In this document: piece by piece, positions 39,814-51,399 of the stretch
How positions within the stretch are numbered: position 1 is the first letter of the stretch
How the letters are laid out: each line of letters starts with the position of its first letter
Source of the DNA: Candidatus Methanoxibalbensis ujae
GTDB lineage: Archaea; Halobacteriota; Syntropharchaeia; Alkanophagales; Methanospirareceae
Assembly: GCA_026134085.1 (NCBI GenBank)
Contig: JAOQIN010000004.1
Coordinates: forward strand, 26 to 64,025
Length of the DNA stretch: 64,000 bases
Reading direction: 5' to 3'
The notes under the pieces: generated by a model
Database searches by the model: none
Seen by the model: only the letters and a program-made list of their open reading frames with translations
What the model was told of the DNA's origin: nothing
Translations under genes and position numbers: made by a program

Positions 39814-40545
39814 ATGAATGCGCAGGAGCAGAAGCCGTTTGAGGAGATCCTTGAACATCTAAACGGTGCCAAGAAGATCGTGCTGATGGGATGTGGTGGC
39901 TGCGCAACGATATTCCGCACGGGAGGCATAAAAGAAGTGAACGATTTGGCGGAGCGCCTTGAGAATACAGGTAAGGAAGTCCTTGCGAGAATAGGGTTGC
40001 CTTTCGGCTTCCTCTGCTGCTATCTGCCGGTAAGTTCCAAGTTCGTTGAGGAGCATATAGAGGCGTTCAAGGCGTGCGATGCGGTATTAATGATGAGCTG
40101 TGGGGACGGTGCGCAGACGGTGCGTGAGTATCTGGATGAGAAAGGGGTTGTGAAGCCGCTTTTCTGCGTGAACAATGCCCTCGGATATTCAGGTGGCGGG
40201 CCCACGCAATTTCACGAGGAATGTCTGGGCTGTGGGGATTGCAAGCTCGCGCTCACCGCGGGGATATGCCCGCTGACGCAGTGTTCAAAGAGTCTGATGA
40301 ACGGACCTTGTGGGGGTGTTCGCCCAGATGGAAAGTGTGAGGTTGACCCTGAGCGTGACTGCGCGTGGGTGCAGATCTACAAGCGTTTGGAGAAGCTCGG
40401 AAAGGTTGACCTGCTGCTTGAGATGAGGGAGCCTCACGATTGGAGTAGGGCGGCGAGACCGAGGCGGGAAGAGGTTGAGTCGATAGACATGATGGAGGAG
40501 TTGGCGAGGACGAAGAGGGCAATAGAGGCGCTGGGAGTGAGATGA
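39814..40545 (+). CDS. metV: MetV-like methylene-THF reductase-associated Cys-rich protein
   Basis: CPLTQCSKSLMNGPCGG...DGKCEV motif. Immediately upstream of metF. Confidence 0.75.
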   Translation: MNAQEQKPFEEILEHLNGAKKIVLMGCGGCATIFRTGGIKEVNDLAERLENTGKEVLARIGLPFGFLCCYLPVSSKFVEEHIEAFKACDAVLMMSCGDGAQTVREYLDEKGVVKPLFCVNNALGYSGGGPTQFHEECLGCGDCKLALTAGICPLTQCSKSLMNGPCGGVRPDGKCEVDPERDCAWVQIYKRLEKLGKVDLLLEMREPHDWSRAARPRREEVESIDMMEELARTKRAIEALGVR

Positions 40546-40546
40546 G

Positions 40547-41470
40547 ATGGCAGCGAAGGAGGCATACAGCAGATTCATGGAAGAACTGCTCTCCGGAAAG
40601 TTCGTATGGACGGGTGAATTGGAGCCCGGGAAGGACATAAAAGAATCCCTGGAGGCTGCTCGTGAGCTCAAAGGACTCGTCACGGCGTGCAATGTGACGG
40701 ATAATCCGCAAAGCTTCGCATCAATCAGCAGTCTCGCAGCTGCTCATGTCATCCAGCGGGAAACTGGAATGGAATGCATATATCAGTTGAGATGCTCGGA
40801 CAGGAATCGCCTCGCCCTGATGTCTGAGGTGATGGGTGCGGGCATACTCGGCTTGAAGAATGTGCTTGCGCTCACTGGCGACTATGTGATGCTCGGAGAC
40901 ACGCCGGCGGCGAAGCCTGTATATGATCTGGACTCAACGACTCTCACTTACATGATTCACCGGCTCGTGCATGAAGGTAAAGACATCGCAGGGAACGATG
41001 TGCCGAATCCGCCGAAGATGCATGTAGGCGTCGCAGCAGGTCCGGGCGTCGACCCGATAGAGCCCGAGATGTATAAATTGAAGAGGAAGGTGAAAGCGGG
41101 TGCGGAATTCGTGCAGACACAGGTCATTTACAAGACTGAGGTCGTCGACAGGTTCTTCAAATGGGTCAAAGAGCTTCAAATAGATGTGCCAATCCTGATA
41201 GGCATATTCCCCGCGAAAAGCTATGGAGCGGCGAAGTTCTTTGATGAGAATGTCACGGGCGTAGATGTGCCGAGGGAGTTCCTCGCCGAATTGGAGCAAA
41301 CAGTCAAAATAAAAGACAAGGAGAAGCGAAGGGAAGAGACAGACAGGATAAATATAGAATATTTCACAAAATTCCTTGAGCATCTTAAGGGAACTCCAGC
41401 CGCAGGATGCCACATAATGGCAGTTGGATACCCCAGAATAATACCTGAACTGAAGAAAATAGTTGAATGA
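40547..41470 (+). CDS. metF: 5,10-methylenetetrahydrofolate reductase
   Basis: 307 aa. CNVTDNPQSFASISSLAAAHVIQ...YQLRCSDRNRLALMSEVMGAGILGLKNVLALTGD. Confidence 0.85.
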   Translation: MAAKEAYSRFMEELLSGKFVWTGELEPGKDIKESLEAARELKGLVTACNVTDNPQSFASISSLAAAHVIQRETGMECIYQLRCSDRNRLALMSEVMGAGILGLKNVLALTGDYVMLGDTPAAKPVYDLDSTTLTYMIHRLVHEGKDIAGNDVPNPPKMHVGVAAGPGVDPIEPEMYKLKRKVKAGAEFVQTQVIYKTEVVDRFFKWVKELQIDVPILIGIFPAKSYGAAKFFDENVTGVDVPREFLAELEQTVKIKDKEKRREETDRINIEYFTKFLEHLKGTPAAGCHIMAVGYPRIIPELKKIVE

Positions 41471-41627
41471 GAGGAGAATCCCTGCTTCTCCCCTCTTTCC
41501 TTTATTTCAATTGAATGACTTCATCCGCTTTCGTTGTGTCTTATCTTTATCTCTCATCCTCGCCTGTTGTTTGATCAAGCAGAACGAGAACTACTTCTCA
41601 TCTCAGCACGGCAGACAAAGCAAAGAG

Positions 41628-41655
41628 ATTTCATACGATGCATTTCATACGATGC
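41628..41655. repeat. Perfect 14-nt tandem duplication (atttcatacgatgc x2)
   Basis: Counted base by base in the non-coding spacer after metF. Confidence 0.95.
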
Positions 41656-41929
41656 AGGAGTCACCGCGATGGGGCATCACCAACCATTTCATTGTGTCCT
41701 CCGGATGCCAACAGTGCCGGTGCCAGATGCTCATCATGATCCGCAGCGAAGCATTACCACTGTGGTTCTTCAGTGGTTCCTCAAACAATGCCGGGCTCTC
41801 CCTCAAATAATGTAACCGGCTCCCCAGCAGCACTTATAGGCGATTTTCATATATTTACTTAAATGGTAAATATATGTTTCACTGAATGAAAACACATGGT
41901 TTTGAAGAAGAAAAAAAGGGGAGGAAGAG

Positions 41930-42874
41930 ATGAGCAGAGGCGTTACATCTGACATGAGGATTTTTGTGGTATTTCTGCTTGTGCTGCTGGCTGCATCTGC
42001 GGCTGCGTTTTCGGCGCTTCACCTCATGCACGGCATGGAGTATCAGACTGCGACGCTGACGATCATTGATGATTTCAACAGAACTGTTGTCATAAACGGC
42101 ACACCGAGCAAGATTGTGTCCATGGCACCTTCATGCACTGAGATATTGTTTGCCATAGGTGCCGGAGATCGTGTGGTTGGTGTAACGGAATACTGCAATT
42201 ATCCTGAATCCGTGCAGAACATAACGAAAGTTGGCGGCGTCTCAACGATCAGTTTGGAGAAGATTGTTGCGCTGGACCCTGATGTTGTGTTCGGCTGCGA
42301 GCTGAACGGCAAGGAAGTATTTGAAAAGCTCACATCTCTCGGCATACCCGTCGTCGGGTTCAATCCGAAGAATTTGAGTGGGATATTGAACGATATAATT
42401 GTTGCAGGCGAGGTCACAGGCGAGAGGAGAAATGCAACACGCCTTGTTGAGATGATGCAGCTGCGCATACAGGAAATAGTTCGGAAAACAAACAACACAT
42501 ATAAGCCGAAAGTTGCGCTCATCACATGGCATGATCCGATCTGGGTGACAGGCAGCGGAACTGTTCAGGACGAGCTCATCACCCTTGCTGGGGGTGAGAA
42601 TGCTTTCGGCTATCTTGAGGGCTGGAAAAGTGTCAGCTTGGAGGAGTTCATAGACAGAGATCCAGATGTCATCATAGTCTCTGTCGGTCATGGCGTTGAG
42701 GGCGAGAAGCCATATGAGTATATACTCAATGAAGAGCGCATGAAAATTGTGAGCGCAGTGAAGAACGGTCATGTGTATAAGATAGATGCTGATGTTGTCT
42801 CCAGATCAGGTCCGAGAATTGTGAATGCGCTTGAAGAGATTGCAAAGATGGTGCATCCGGAGATATTCAGCTGA
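41930..42874 (+). CDS. ABC transporter substrate-binding protein (BtuF/FecB-like, cluster A PBP)
   Basis: Signal/anchor MRIFVVFLLVLLAASAAAFSA. IVSMAPSCTEILFAIGAGDRVVGVTEYCNYPE. Confidence 0.8.
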   Translation: MSRGVTSDMRIFVVFLLVLLAASAAAFSALHLMHGMEYQTATLTIIDDFNRTVVINGTPSKIVSMAPSCTEILFAIGAGDRVVGVTEYCNYPESVQNITKVGGVSTISLEKIVALDPDVVFGCELNGKEVFEKLTSLGIPVVGFNPKNLSGILNDIIVAGEVTGERRNATRLVEMMQLRIQEIVRKTNNTYKPKVALITWHDPIWVTGSGTVQDELITLAGGENAFGYLEGWKSVSLEEFIDRDPDVIIVSVGHGVEGEKPYEYILNEERMKIVSAVKNGHVYKIDADVVSRSGPRIVNALEEIAKMVHPEIFS

Positions 42875-43008
42875 TTCCTTTTCTTTTTTTTGTCTTTTTT
42901 GTATTATTTTTTTGTTTGTTATTATTATTATTTAATTATTATTTAAATAAATTCAATACGTGCAAAAAGTAAGGAAACACTCGGCGCATACACAGAGAAT
43001 TCATATCG

Positions 43009-43734
43009 GTGCCGACCTTAAGAGAGAATGTGAGGTCGGTGTTGAAGATTTTATTTCTGCTCCTCACGTCGCTTTTGTCATGTGTTCCCTCTGTTCATTT
43101 CGGCTTGGAAAGCATTGACTTTTATCTTTCATACCCTTTCTATTGCCACCGCCGGAAGATGTCCTCAGAGAATATGCGGCACTGCACGGGATTTTGGGTT
43201 CTGCAATAGGGTCGTGGGTTATCCTCTTGCGAAGTCAGGAAGATTGGAGAGAATGCTTTCTCCGTATATCGTTGCTGCGCAGACTGCGCCAAAAATCGCT
43301 TTAGCTCCTCTCATCGTTATATGGCTCGGCTTCGGAATCGCATCAAAGTTCTTTCTTGTCGCTTTGATCGTTTTCTTTCCTATATTCGTGATATATTCGT
43401 GAACATAATCACAGGTGTGCGTTCTGTGGATAGAAATCTGCTTGAACTGATGAGATCTACTGGTGCGAGCAAGTTTGATATTTTCTGGAAGATAGAGATA
43501 CCGAGTTCTCTTCCCATGCTATTTGCAGGTTACAAGACAGGTATTACACTTGCTGTAATCGGCGCAGTCGTTGGCGAATTTGTGGGTGCAAATGCAGGTC
43601 TCGGCTATTTAACTATTTATGCTGCTGGACTTATGGATACCACGCAGGTGTTCGTTGCTATCATCCAGCTCACACTCCTCGGCATCTCTTTATATGCCCT
43701 CATATCATTCATTGAGAAGAAACTGATGCCTTGA
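43009..43734 (+). pseudogene. NitT/TauT (SsuC-like) ABC permease pseudogene with several frameshifts
   Basis: Homologous pieces occur in different frames: PLFISAWKALT; FLLPPPEDVLREYAAL; DFGFCNRVVGYPLAKSGRLERMLSPYIVAAQTAPKIALAPLIVIWLGFG...FFPIFV; NIITGVRSVDRNLLELMRSTGASKFDIFWKIEIPSSLP... The last break is caused by an 11-bp tandem duplication. Confidence 0.8.
43381..43402. repeat. Perfect 11-bp tandem duplication (tatattcgtga x2) that frameshifts the permease gene
   Basis: Removing one copy restores ttc ttt cct ata ttc gtg aac ata atc aca ggt = FFPIFVNIITG, the expected permease sequence. Confidence 0.9.
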
Positions 43735-44670
43735 GAGGAGGGAGTAGTTGCTCCATCTTATGCCACTTCACTCAGACTTTAAGGAGAACTGTTTCATAGT
43801 CTTCACACATGCTGGTTCCACTGACCGCAGAGCTCCATCAAATTAAATGAAAATATTCACACTTTCGCAGTTAAAATCAAAAAAACAGGCGTTGCCGGGC
43901 ATTTCAGCGTCGCTTCTTGCATCCTCATCTATATAAGGACAAAAGCGAGCTTGAGCGTGATGCCCCTTACTCCCCTGTATAGCTCTCCCTTTCTCATCAG
44001 AACGCCCATATCGTATGCACATGCGATTTCGTTTCAACATATGCTCTTTTTGATGATGAGGTCTACTTTAATCGTAGCAGGATAACCAAAAACGAATCCT
44101 TCGCTGTCCTCATATATCCGATGTTCAACTGAACATCCTCTGTGAGAATCCCCCAGCGAGCTCCGAGAGCGCAAGCCTGCGCAGGAAATCGAGGAAATTT
44201 AACGCCTTTATTTCTTCAATTTCTTCTTCATGCCTGTCCGATCTCACGGATATGAGAAGACAATATATGCCAGAAATTAATAATATGCCAGAAATCGTGT
44301 TGATTCCTGTAATTTACATTGATGCGATGGGCACACCTTGAAGGAGAAGTTGATTGTCCAAATTGTAAAGTATATGTATCACATGAAGGTAGCAGGGTGG
44401 CATCCTTTAATGAATTGAGAGTTGGGAGAACTATCCGATGTCGAAATCTATCTCCGAAGCATCTCCGTCCTTAGGTGTTGGTGCGTATACCGCAAGTGAA
44501 ATGATGAGCCTGAGATGTTTAGAAAGCATTTTAAGGTATACGGGACAAACGAAATTAGGAAAGCTAAATATAAGGAATTATCTGACCTCAAAAATTTCAT
44601 ATTTTAAGGATGTAAAAAACAGAGCGGCACATCTTGAGAAAATATTTTCTGAATTCTTTTTCATATAGGC

Positions 44671-45150
44671 TCAGGCTCTCACCATTTGCATCCATACCCA
44701 CAACAAGCGGACAAAAATCAACATAGAAGTGTCAAACGCCTCTGCAAACCCCAAATCCCCTCAATAAACCTGCGCGCATTTTTGATGCTGCGAGGACACC
44801 AGCGCGCCTGTGAATGCGAGGTGGACGCATCCTTGCTTTCGCATCGCTTCTCTTGTTGCAGCATTCACATCTTTGCCAATTATTGCTCTAACCTGCGGAA
44901 TTTCAATGATTTCAGGAATCACAGCATTTTTGCACTCGTCGTCGGCCCTGCGGATATGATTTCCTATGCTCTCCTTCACTCGCCCTTTCACTCCTGCACC
45001 TGCAGGCCTCACCTTCTTCTCTTTCTCTTCCTCCTCTCTTTCCTTCACTTTTAAACTTTTAAAGAGCAGACCGCAGTGGTAAATCTTCGTATCTCGTTGC
45101 AGAGGCAAGTTCAGAAATTCTCGCGCTTGCAGGGTTTCTCGCCGTTTCAT
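44671..45150 (-). pseudogene. Probable remnant of a Fe-S hydro-lyase beta subunit (fumarate/tartrate dehydratase beta type) with an in-frame stop
   Basis: RAIIGKDVNAATREAMRKQGCVHLAFTGALV resembles iiGKG....ea.k..g.vY....GG. After the TGA stop at 44761-44763 the same frame continues GDLGFAEAF, like the conserved DLG.pEA motif. The N-terminal half is low complexity. Confidence 0.4.
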
Positions 45151-45303
45151 CGATCAGAAATCGATCAGAAACACAATCCGACTCGCTCAACGGACTACCT
45201 CATTCTCTAAAATTTTCTTCTCCAAGAAACAGGCATGGAGGAGCAAGAGGAAAGGGAAGAAGAAAGAGAGGAGGAAAGCGAGGGCGGTGGAGAGGAGAAA
45301 GGA

Positions 45304-46569
45304 ATGAAGGAGGCAAGCGTGCTGGATTTGCACCGTCGTTACGAGGGGAAAATAGAGGTGGCGTTGAAAGTGCCTGTGCGCAGCCACGAGGACTTCGCCG
45401 TTTGGTATACGCCGGGCGTCGCAGCAGTCGCAAGAAGGATTGCAGAGCGAAAGGATGCGGTCTTTGAACTCACAAACTGCGGGAACACTGTTGCGATTGT
45501 CACAGACGGCACTCGTGTTCTCGGTCTCGGAAATGTCGGTGCGGAGGCTGCTCTCCCCGTGATGGAGGGTAAGGCTCTCCTTTTCAAATACCTGGGCGGC
45601 GTTGACGCTTTCCCGCTTTGCCTCGCAACCTCTGATGCAGATTCGCTCGTGAATGCGGTGAAGTGGCTCTCTCCCTCCTTCGGAGGCGTGAATCTTGAGG
45701 ACATTGAGAAGCCGAAGTGCTACGATGTGCTTGAGCGTCTTCAGCAGGAATTGAGCATTCCGGTGTGGCACGACGACCAGCAGGGAACCGCCCTCGTCAT
45801 TCTCGCAGGTCTGCTGAATGCGTTGAAGGTTGTGGGCAAGGACATTGCCACGATAAAGATTGCGCTCATCGGTGCTGGGGCGGCGAATGTGAACGTCGCA
45901 AACTTCCTGCACATTGCGGGTGCGAGGTATGAGAACATGCTTGTTGTTGACAGCAGGGGAATTCTGCATGCGAACAGAGATGATGTGAGGACTGGTGGCG
46001 ACAGGAAGAAGTGGGAGCTCTGCATGCTGACGAATCCAGGCTGCACTGAAGGAGGTATAAAGGAGGCTCTGCGTGGAGCAGATGTATGTATTGCGCTTTC
46101 AAAGCCAGGGCCTGGCGTGATAAAAAAGGAATGGGTCGCGGGGATGGCGGAAGATGCGATTGTATTTGCGTGTGCGAACCCGGTTCCGGAGATAATGCCA
46201 TGGGAGGCCAAGGAAGGGGGTGCGAGAATTGTGGCTACGGGGCGTTCGGACTTTGAGAATCAGTTGAACAATGCGCTCGGATTTCCTGCGGTTTTCAGAG
46301 GAGCTCTGGATGTGCGAGCGAGAATGATAACTGATGAGATGTGCATATCGGCGGCGTATGCTATAGCTGAGTATGCGGAGGAGCAGGGATTGAGCGAGGA
46401 GCGCATCATTTCAGGAATTGATGAGGAAGAGATGTATGTGCGTGAGGCGGTTGCAGTGGGTGTTGCAGCCATGCGAGGAGGTGTTGCGAGGTTACACATC
46501 AGCGTTGAGGAGCTGGAGGAGCGCGTGCGAGAGCGGATACGGAGAGGCAGAGAGGCGGTTATACGATGA
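45304..46569 (+). CDS. NAD(P)-dependent malic enzyme
   Basis: LDLHRRYEGKIEV...YTPGVAAV...IVTDGTRVLGLGNVG...LIGAGAAN. Start moved to ATG 45304 (MKEASVLDL). The upstream E/R-rich extension is unlikely to be real. Confidence 0.9.
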   Translation: MKEASVLDLHRRYEGKIEVALKVPVRSHEDFAVWYTPGVAAVARRIAERKDAVFELTNCGNTVAIVTDGTRVLGLGNVGAEAALPVMEGKALLFKYLGGVDAFPLCLATSDADSLVNAVKWLSPSFGGVNLEDIEKPKCYDVLERLQQELSIPVWHDDQQGTALVILAGLLNALKVVGKDIATIKIALIGAGAANVNVANFLHIAGARYENMLVVDSRGILHANRDDVRTGGDRKKWELCMLTNPGCTEGGIKEALRGADVCIALSKPGPGVIKKEWVAGMAEDAIVFACANPVPEIMPWEAKEGGARIVATGRSDFENQLNNALGFPAVFRGALDVRARMITDEMCISAAYAIAEYAEEQGLSEERIISGIDEEEMYVREAVAVGVAAMRGGVARLHISVEELEERVRERIRRGREAVIR

Positions 46570-46730
46570 GGTGCGGGGGAGCGCTGAGATTCTGTGTGGC
46601 GATTATGTGTGTCGGATTATGTGCGTCGGATAATAAGGTGCATGATGGGAGTGAGGTGATAGGGTGGGAGGGGGCAGCCATCTATGCAGCCATCTGTGGC
46701 CTCTCTGCAAAGAGAGGTCGATTCAAGAGG

Positions 46731-46745
46731 CGTAACATTTATATA
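46731..46745 (+). promoter_or_regulatory. BRE + TATA box of the rRNA operon promoter
   Basis: cgtaaca TTTATATA, ~190 nt upstream of the 16S 5' end. Matches the archaeal BRE/TATA consensus. Confidence 0.6.
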
Positions 46746-46878
46746 AGGTGAAAAAGAAAGGAAGTAATGAGGCGTGACCCCGGCGTCGGCTCGGACAGTG
46801 GGGGACACCCATGCGGATGAGGAGCCGTGTCCGGTCACGGCACAGATGGGGACATGATGGTGAGTCATGTCCGACATA

Positions 46879-46911
46879 GGTCTGCCTGATGGTCCGGTGA
46901 CACAGGCAGGA
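46879..46911 (+). other. 5' half of the 16S processing stem (pairs with 48443-48475)
   Basis: ggtctgcctga (46879-46889) is complementary to tcaggcagacc (48465-48475). cacaggcagga (46901-46911) is complementary to tcctgcctgtg (48443-48453). The two helices are separated by unpaired segments, as in bulge-helix-bulge processing sites. Confidence 0.7.
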
Positions 46912-46937
46912 TGGTGCAGGGACATTCCCCCGCCACA

Positions 46938-48426
<1,489 letters not shown>

Positions 48427-48480
48427 AATTTCATTTTAAATCTCCTGCCTGTGCCGTAAGACCGTCAGGCAGACCTGCCA

Positions 48481-48552
48481 GGGCTCGTAGATCAGTGGTA
48501 GATCGTCGCCTTTGCGAGGCGAAGGCCCTGGGTTCGAATCCCAGCGAGTCCA
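48481..48552 (+). tRNA. tRNA-Ala (anticodon TGC) in the 16S-23S spacer
   Basis: Acceptor GGGCTCG/CGAGTCC with the G3:U70 identity pair, anticodon loop TTTGCGA, T arm CTGGG-TTCGAAT-CCCAG. Confidence 0.95.
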
Positions 48553-49164
48553 TATGAGATGCACCCGGCAAGATGCTTGTCGGGGAAGGACCGATGACTG
48601 TTTGTCAGATGAGGTCGTCACAGGCACTTCGTGGTCCCGGCATCTATTGGGAGAGTGGCTGGGCTGCTCCGCTGGCGGCTATGCCACCTGGTGGATGGCT
48701 CGGCTCAGGGCGCCGAAGAAGGGCGTGCCAAGCTGCGAAAAGCCTCGGGTAGGCGCAGGGAGCCTTTGAACCGAGGATTCCCGAATGGGAATTCCCGCCA
48801 TCAGGCGCTCCCGTAAGCTTCGGCTGAGGGAGAGGGAACGCCCCGAATTGAAACATCTTAGTAGGGGCAGGAAGAGAAATCAAATGAGATGCCGTGAGTA
48901 ACGGCGAGTGAAAACGGCAGAGCTCAAACTGAACCCTCCTCCGAAAGGAGTGAGGGGATGTGGAGTTGGAGGCTCCCTCCGTCAGCACCCGAGGGGTGAA
49001 GCTGAAGTCCGCTGGAATGCGGCGCCGGAGAGGGTGAGAGCCCCGTAGGCATAAGCCCTGAGGGTGTGGAGGGATGACCTGAGTACCGCGGGTTGGATTT
49101 CTCGCGGGAATCTGGGGGCTACCAACCTCCAAAGCTAAATACGTCCTGAGACCGATAGCGCACT

Positions 49165-49197
<33 letters not shown>

Positions 49198-50664
49198 TGA
49201 GGGAGGTGAAAAGAGCCTGAAACCAGGTGGTGATGGTGTGATGCGGCATGGAAGCGATGATGACGCCGAAGGAAAGCCGTAAGGCGAGTACGAGGTGTCC
49301 GGAGCAGTGTCGCATCGTACGTTTTGAAAAACGGGCCAGGGAGTGTGTCCCGATGGCGAGGCTAACCTGAATGGGGAAGCCGCAGGGAAACCGAAATGCC
49401 CGCACCCGAGAGGGGAGGGGCGGCGTACGAACTGCGCGGAGTCATCGGGGCACGACCCGAAGCCGGGTGATCTAGGCGGAGGCAGGGTGAAGCCTCCCGA
49501 AAGGGAGGTGGAGGCCCGCACCGATGCTGACTTGCAAATCGCTCGGATGACCTCCGTCTAGGGGTGAAAGGCCAATCAAACCCGGCGATAGCTGGTTCCC
49601 CCCGAAACATGCCACAGCATGACCCGGTCTGAGGTGGACGGCGCTGTAGAGTTACTGATAGGAGGTCACCGGGAGGAAACTCCTGGCCCTTCTGTCAAAC
49701 TCCGAAGGTGCCGTCGCCTTAGATGACCGGAAGTCGGGGCGTCGGGGTAAGCTCGGCGTCCGAAAGGGGAACAACCCAGACCGGGGTTAAGGCCCCTAAG
49801 TGTTGGCTAAGTGTCGAAATCCGAAGGGAGTCCCGAGCCGGAGACAGCTGGGAGGTGAGCTTAGAAGCAGCTATCCTCTAAGGAGTGCGTAACAGCTCAC
49901 CAGCCGAGGCTCGGGGCACCGAAAATGGACGGGGCTAAAGCCAACCGCCGATACCCCGGGACACCGAAAGGTGATTCCGTAGGGGGGCGCCCTGCGAGGG
50001 CGGAAGCATCTCCGTGAGGAGGTGTGGACCTTGCAGGGACGAGAATCCTGGCGATAGTAGCAGCATAGCCGGGTGAGAATCCCGGTCGCCGAAGGGGCCA
50101 GGTTTCCTCGGCAATGTTCGTCAGCCGAGGGTTAGCCGGTCCTAAGGGCGTCCTCAACCAGAGACGCCCGAAGGGGAAGCAGGTCAATATTCCTGCGCCG
50201 TCCAGCCTGAAAGGGTGAAAGCCCGCCTGACGCTTCCGGGTATGCCGAGCGGCGCCGTCGCGCCGTCCAAGCCCAGAAGTCCCCGGAGAGCCGTAATGGC
50301 GAGAAGGGGATGAATGGGTGATGGCGAAAGTCGGTAGATCCCGGGAGACCGTGAAAAGGGTGGCTGGACGACCGTACCGAGAACCGACACAGGTGCCCCT
50401 GGGTGAGCAGCCCAAGGCGTGTCGGGGCACTCCGGCTGAGGGAAATCGGCAAACTCGCCCCGTAACCTCGGGAGAAGGGGTGCCTGCTCTTGCGCAAAGA
50501 GCAGGTCGCAGTGACAAGGGGAGGCCGACTGTTTAATAAAAACATAGGTGGCTGCAAGCCCGAAAGGGTGAGTACAGCTGCCGACTCCTGCCCAGTGCCG
50601 GTCCCTGAAAGCCCCGTTCAAGGGGACGAAGGGCCGGTAAACGGCGGGGGTAACTCTGACCCTC

Positions 50665-51396
50665 AAGGAGGGGGTCGTTAAATCCGGCTGTATGCTGGGA
50701 AGTTTGAGCGCTCGGCTCCTGAGTAAGGGAAAATGCCGGGTGCGATGAGAACAATCAGCAGGAAACCGAGGAGGTGCGTGCTGCTTGCTCTACGAGTTCA
50801 GGGATTTGATTGACCCGAGAATGCTTCCAGGGCGGAGGAAGGAACTCATGTATTACCTCGTGGGCTTCACAGACGCAGAGGGTTGCTTCAGTGTTTCGCT
50901 GAAAAAACAGGAAGGCACGAGGTTTGGATGGGTTCTTGACCCGGTGTTCCATGTGACGCAGCACAAAAGCAATCGCATCGTGCTTGAAATCTTCCGCCGA
51001 ACACTCATGTGCGGCAGAATCATTGAGAAGCATGGACAGCCAGACACGCTGGTTTACATCGTTGACAACCGCAGACAGCTCGCAGAGAAAGTGATTCCGT
51101 TTTTCCGAAGGCACAGACTTATCCTGAAGCACAGGGATTTTGAGCGTTTCGCAGAGATCGTGGAGGCATTAGAGGAGAAGAAGCATGCGACGGCTGAAGG
51201 CTTCAGGGAACTCGTGCAGAAAGCGTTTGAGATGAACATGGCGGGTAAGCAGCGGAGACACACGCTTGAGGAAATCCTTAGTGATATTGCCTCTGTGGCC
51301 TCCTCGGGATCCTCAGAGGCCATACGCCGGACGCCCCGAGAAGGCGTGAGTAACGCCGAGAAGGGGCGAAGATATGGTCCACCCGGGAAGGGTGCT
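50665..51396 (+). mobile_element. Archaeal rRNA intron carrying a homing-endonuclease ORF
   Basis: The conserved exon sequence GACCCTC (ends 50664) resumes as TTAAGGTAGCG at ~51396/51397. The intervening 732 nt has no rRNA similarity and contains a LAGLIDADG ORF. Boundaries are accurate to within a few nt. Confidence 0.8.
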
Positions 51397-51399
51397 TAA
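50785..51399 (+). CDS. Single-motif LAGLIDADG homing endonuclease (intron-encoded)
   Basis: YLVGFTDAEGCFSV is a LAGLIDADG motif. Only one motif is present, so a homodimeric type is inferred. The stop codon overlaps the predicted 3' splice junction. The start may be the internal MLPGRRKEL. Confidence 0.8.
   Translation: MLYEFRDLIDPRMLPGRRKELMYYLVGFTDAEGCFSVSLKKQEGTRFGWVLDPVFHVTQHKSNRIVLEIFRRTLMCGRIIEKHGQPDTLVYIVDNRRQLAEKVIPFFRRHRLILKHRDFERFAEIVEALEEKKHATAEGFRELVQKAFEMNMAGKQRRHTLEEILSDIASVASSGSSEAIRRTPREGVSNAEKGRRYGPPGKGA

Noticed and set aside
41463-41833. ORFs of 62-115 aa in the 460-nt spacer after metF.
   Set aside because: They are mutually overlapping in three frames and have no motifs. 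The region contains a 14-nt tandem duplication and looks non-coding.
45235-45303. E/R-rich N-terminal extension (MEEQEEREEEREEESEGGGEEKG) of the malic enzyme ORF.
   Set aside because: It is a low-complexity, purine-rich leader. The conserved protein begins at MKEASVLDL (ATG 45304), so the extension is probably untranslated.
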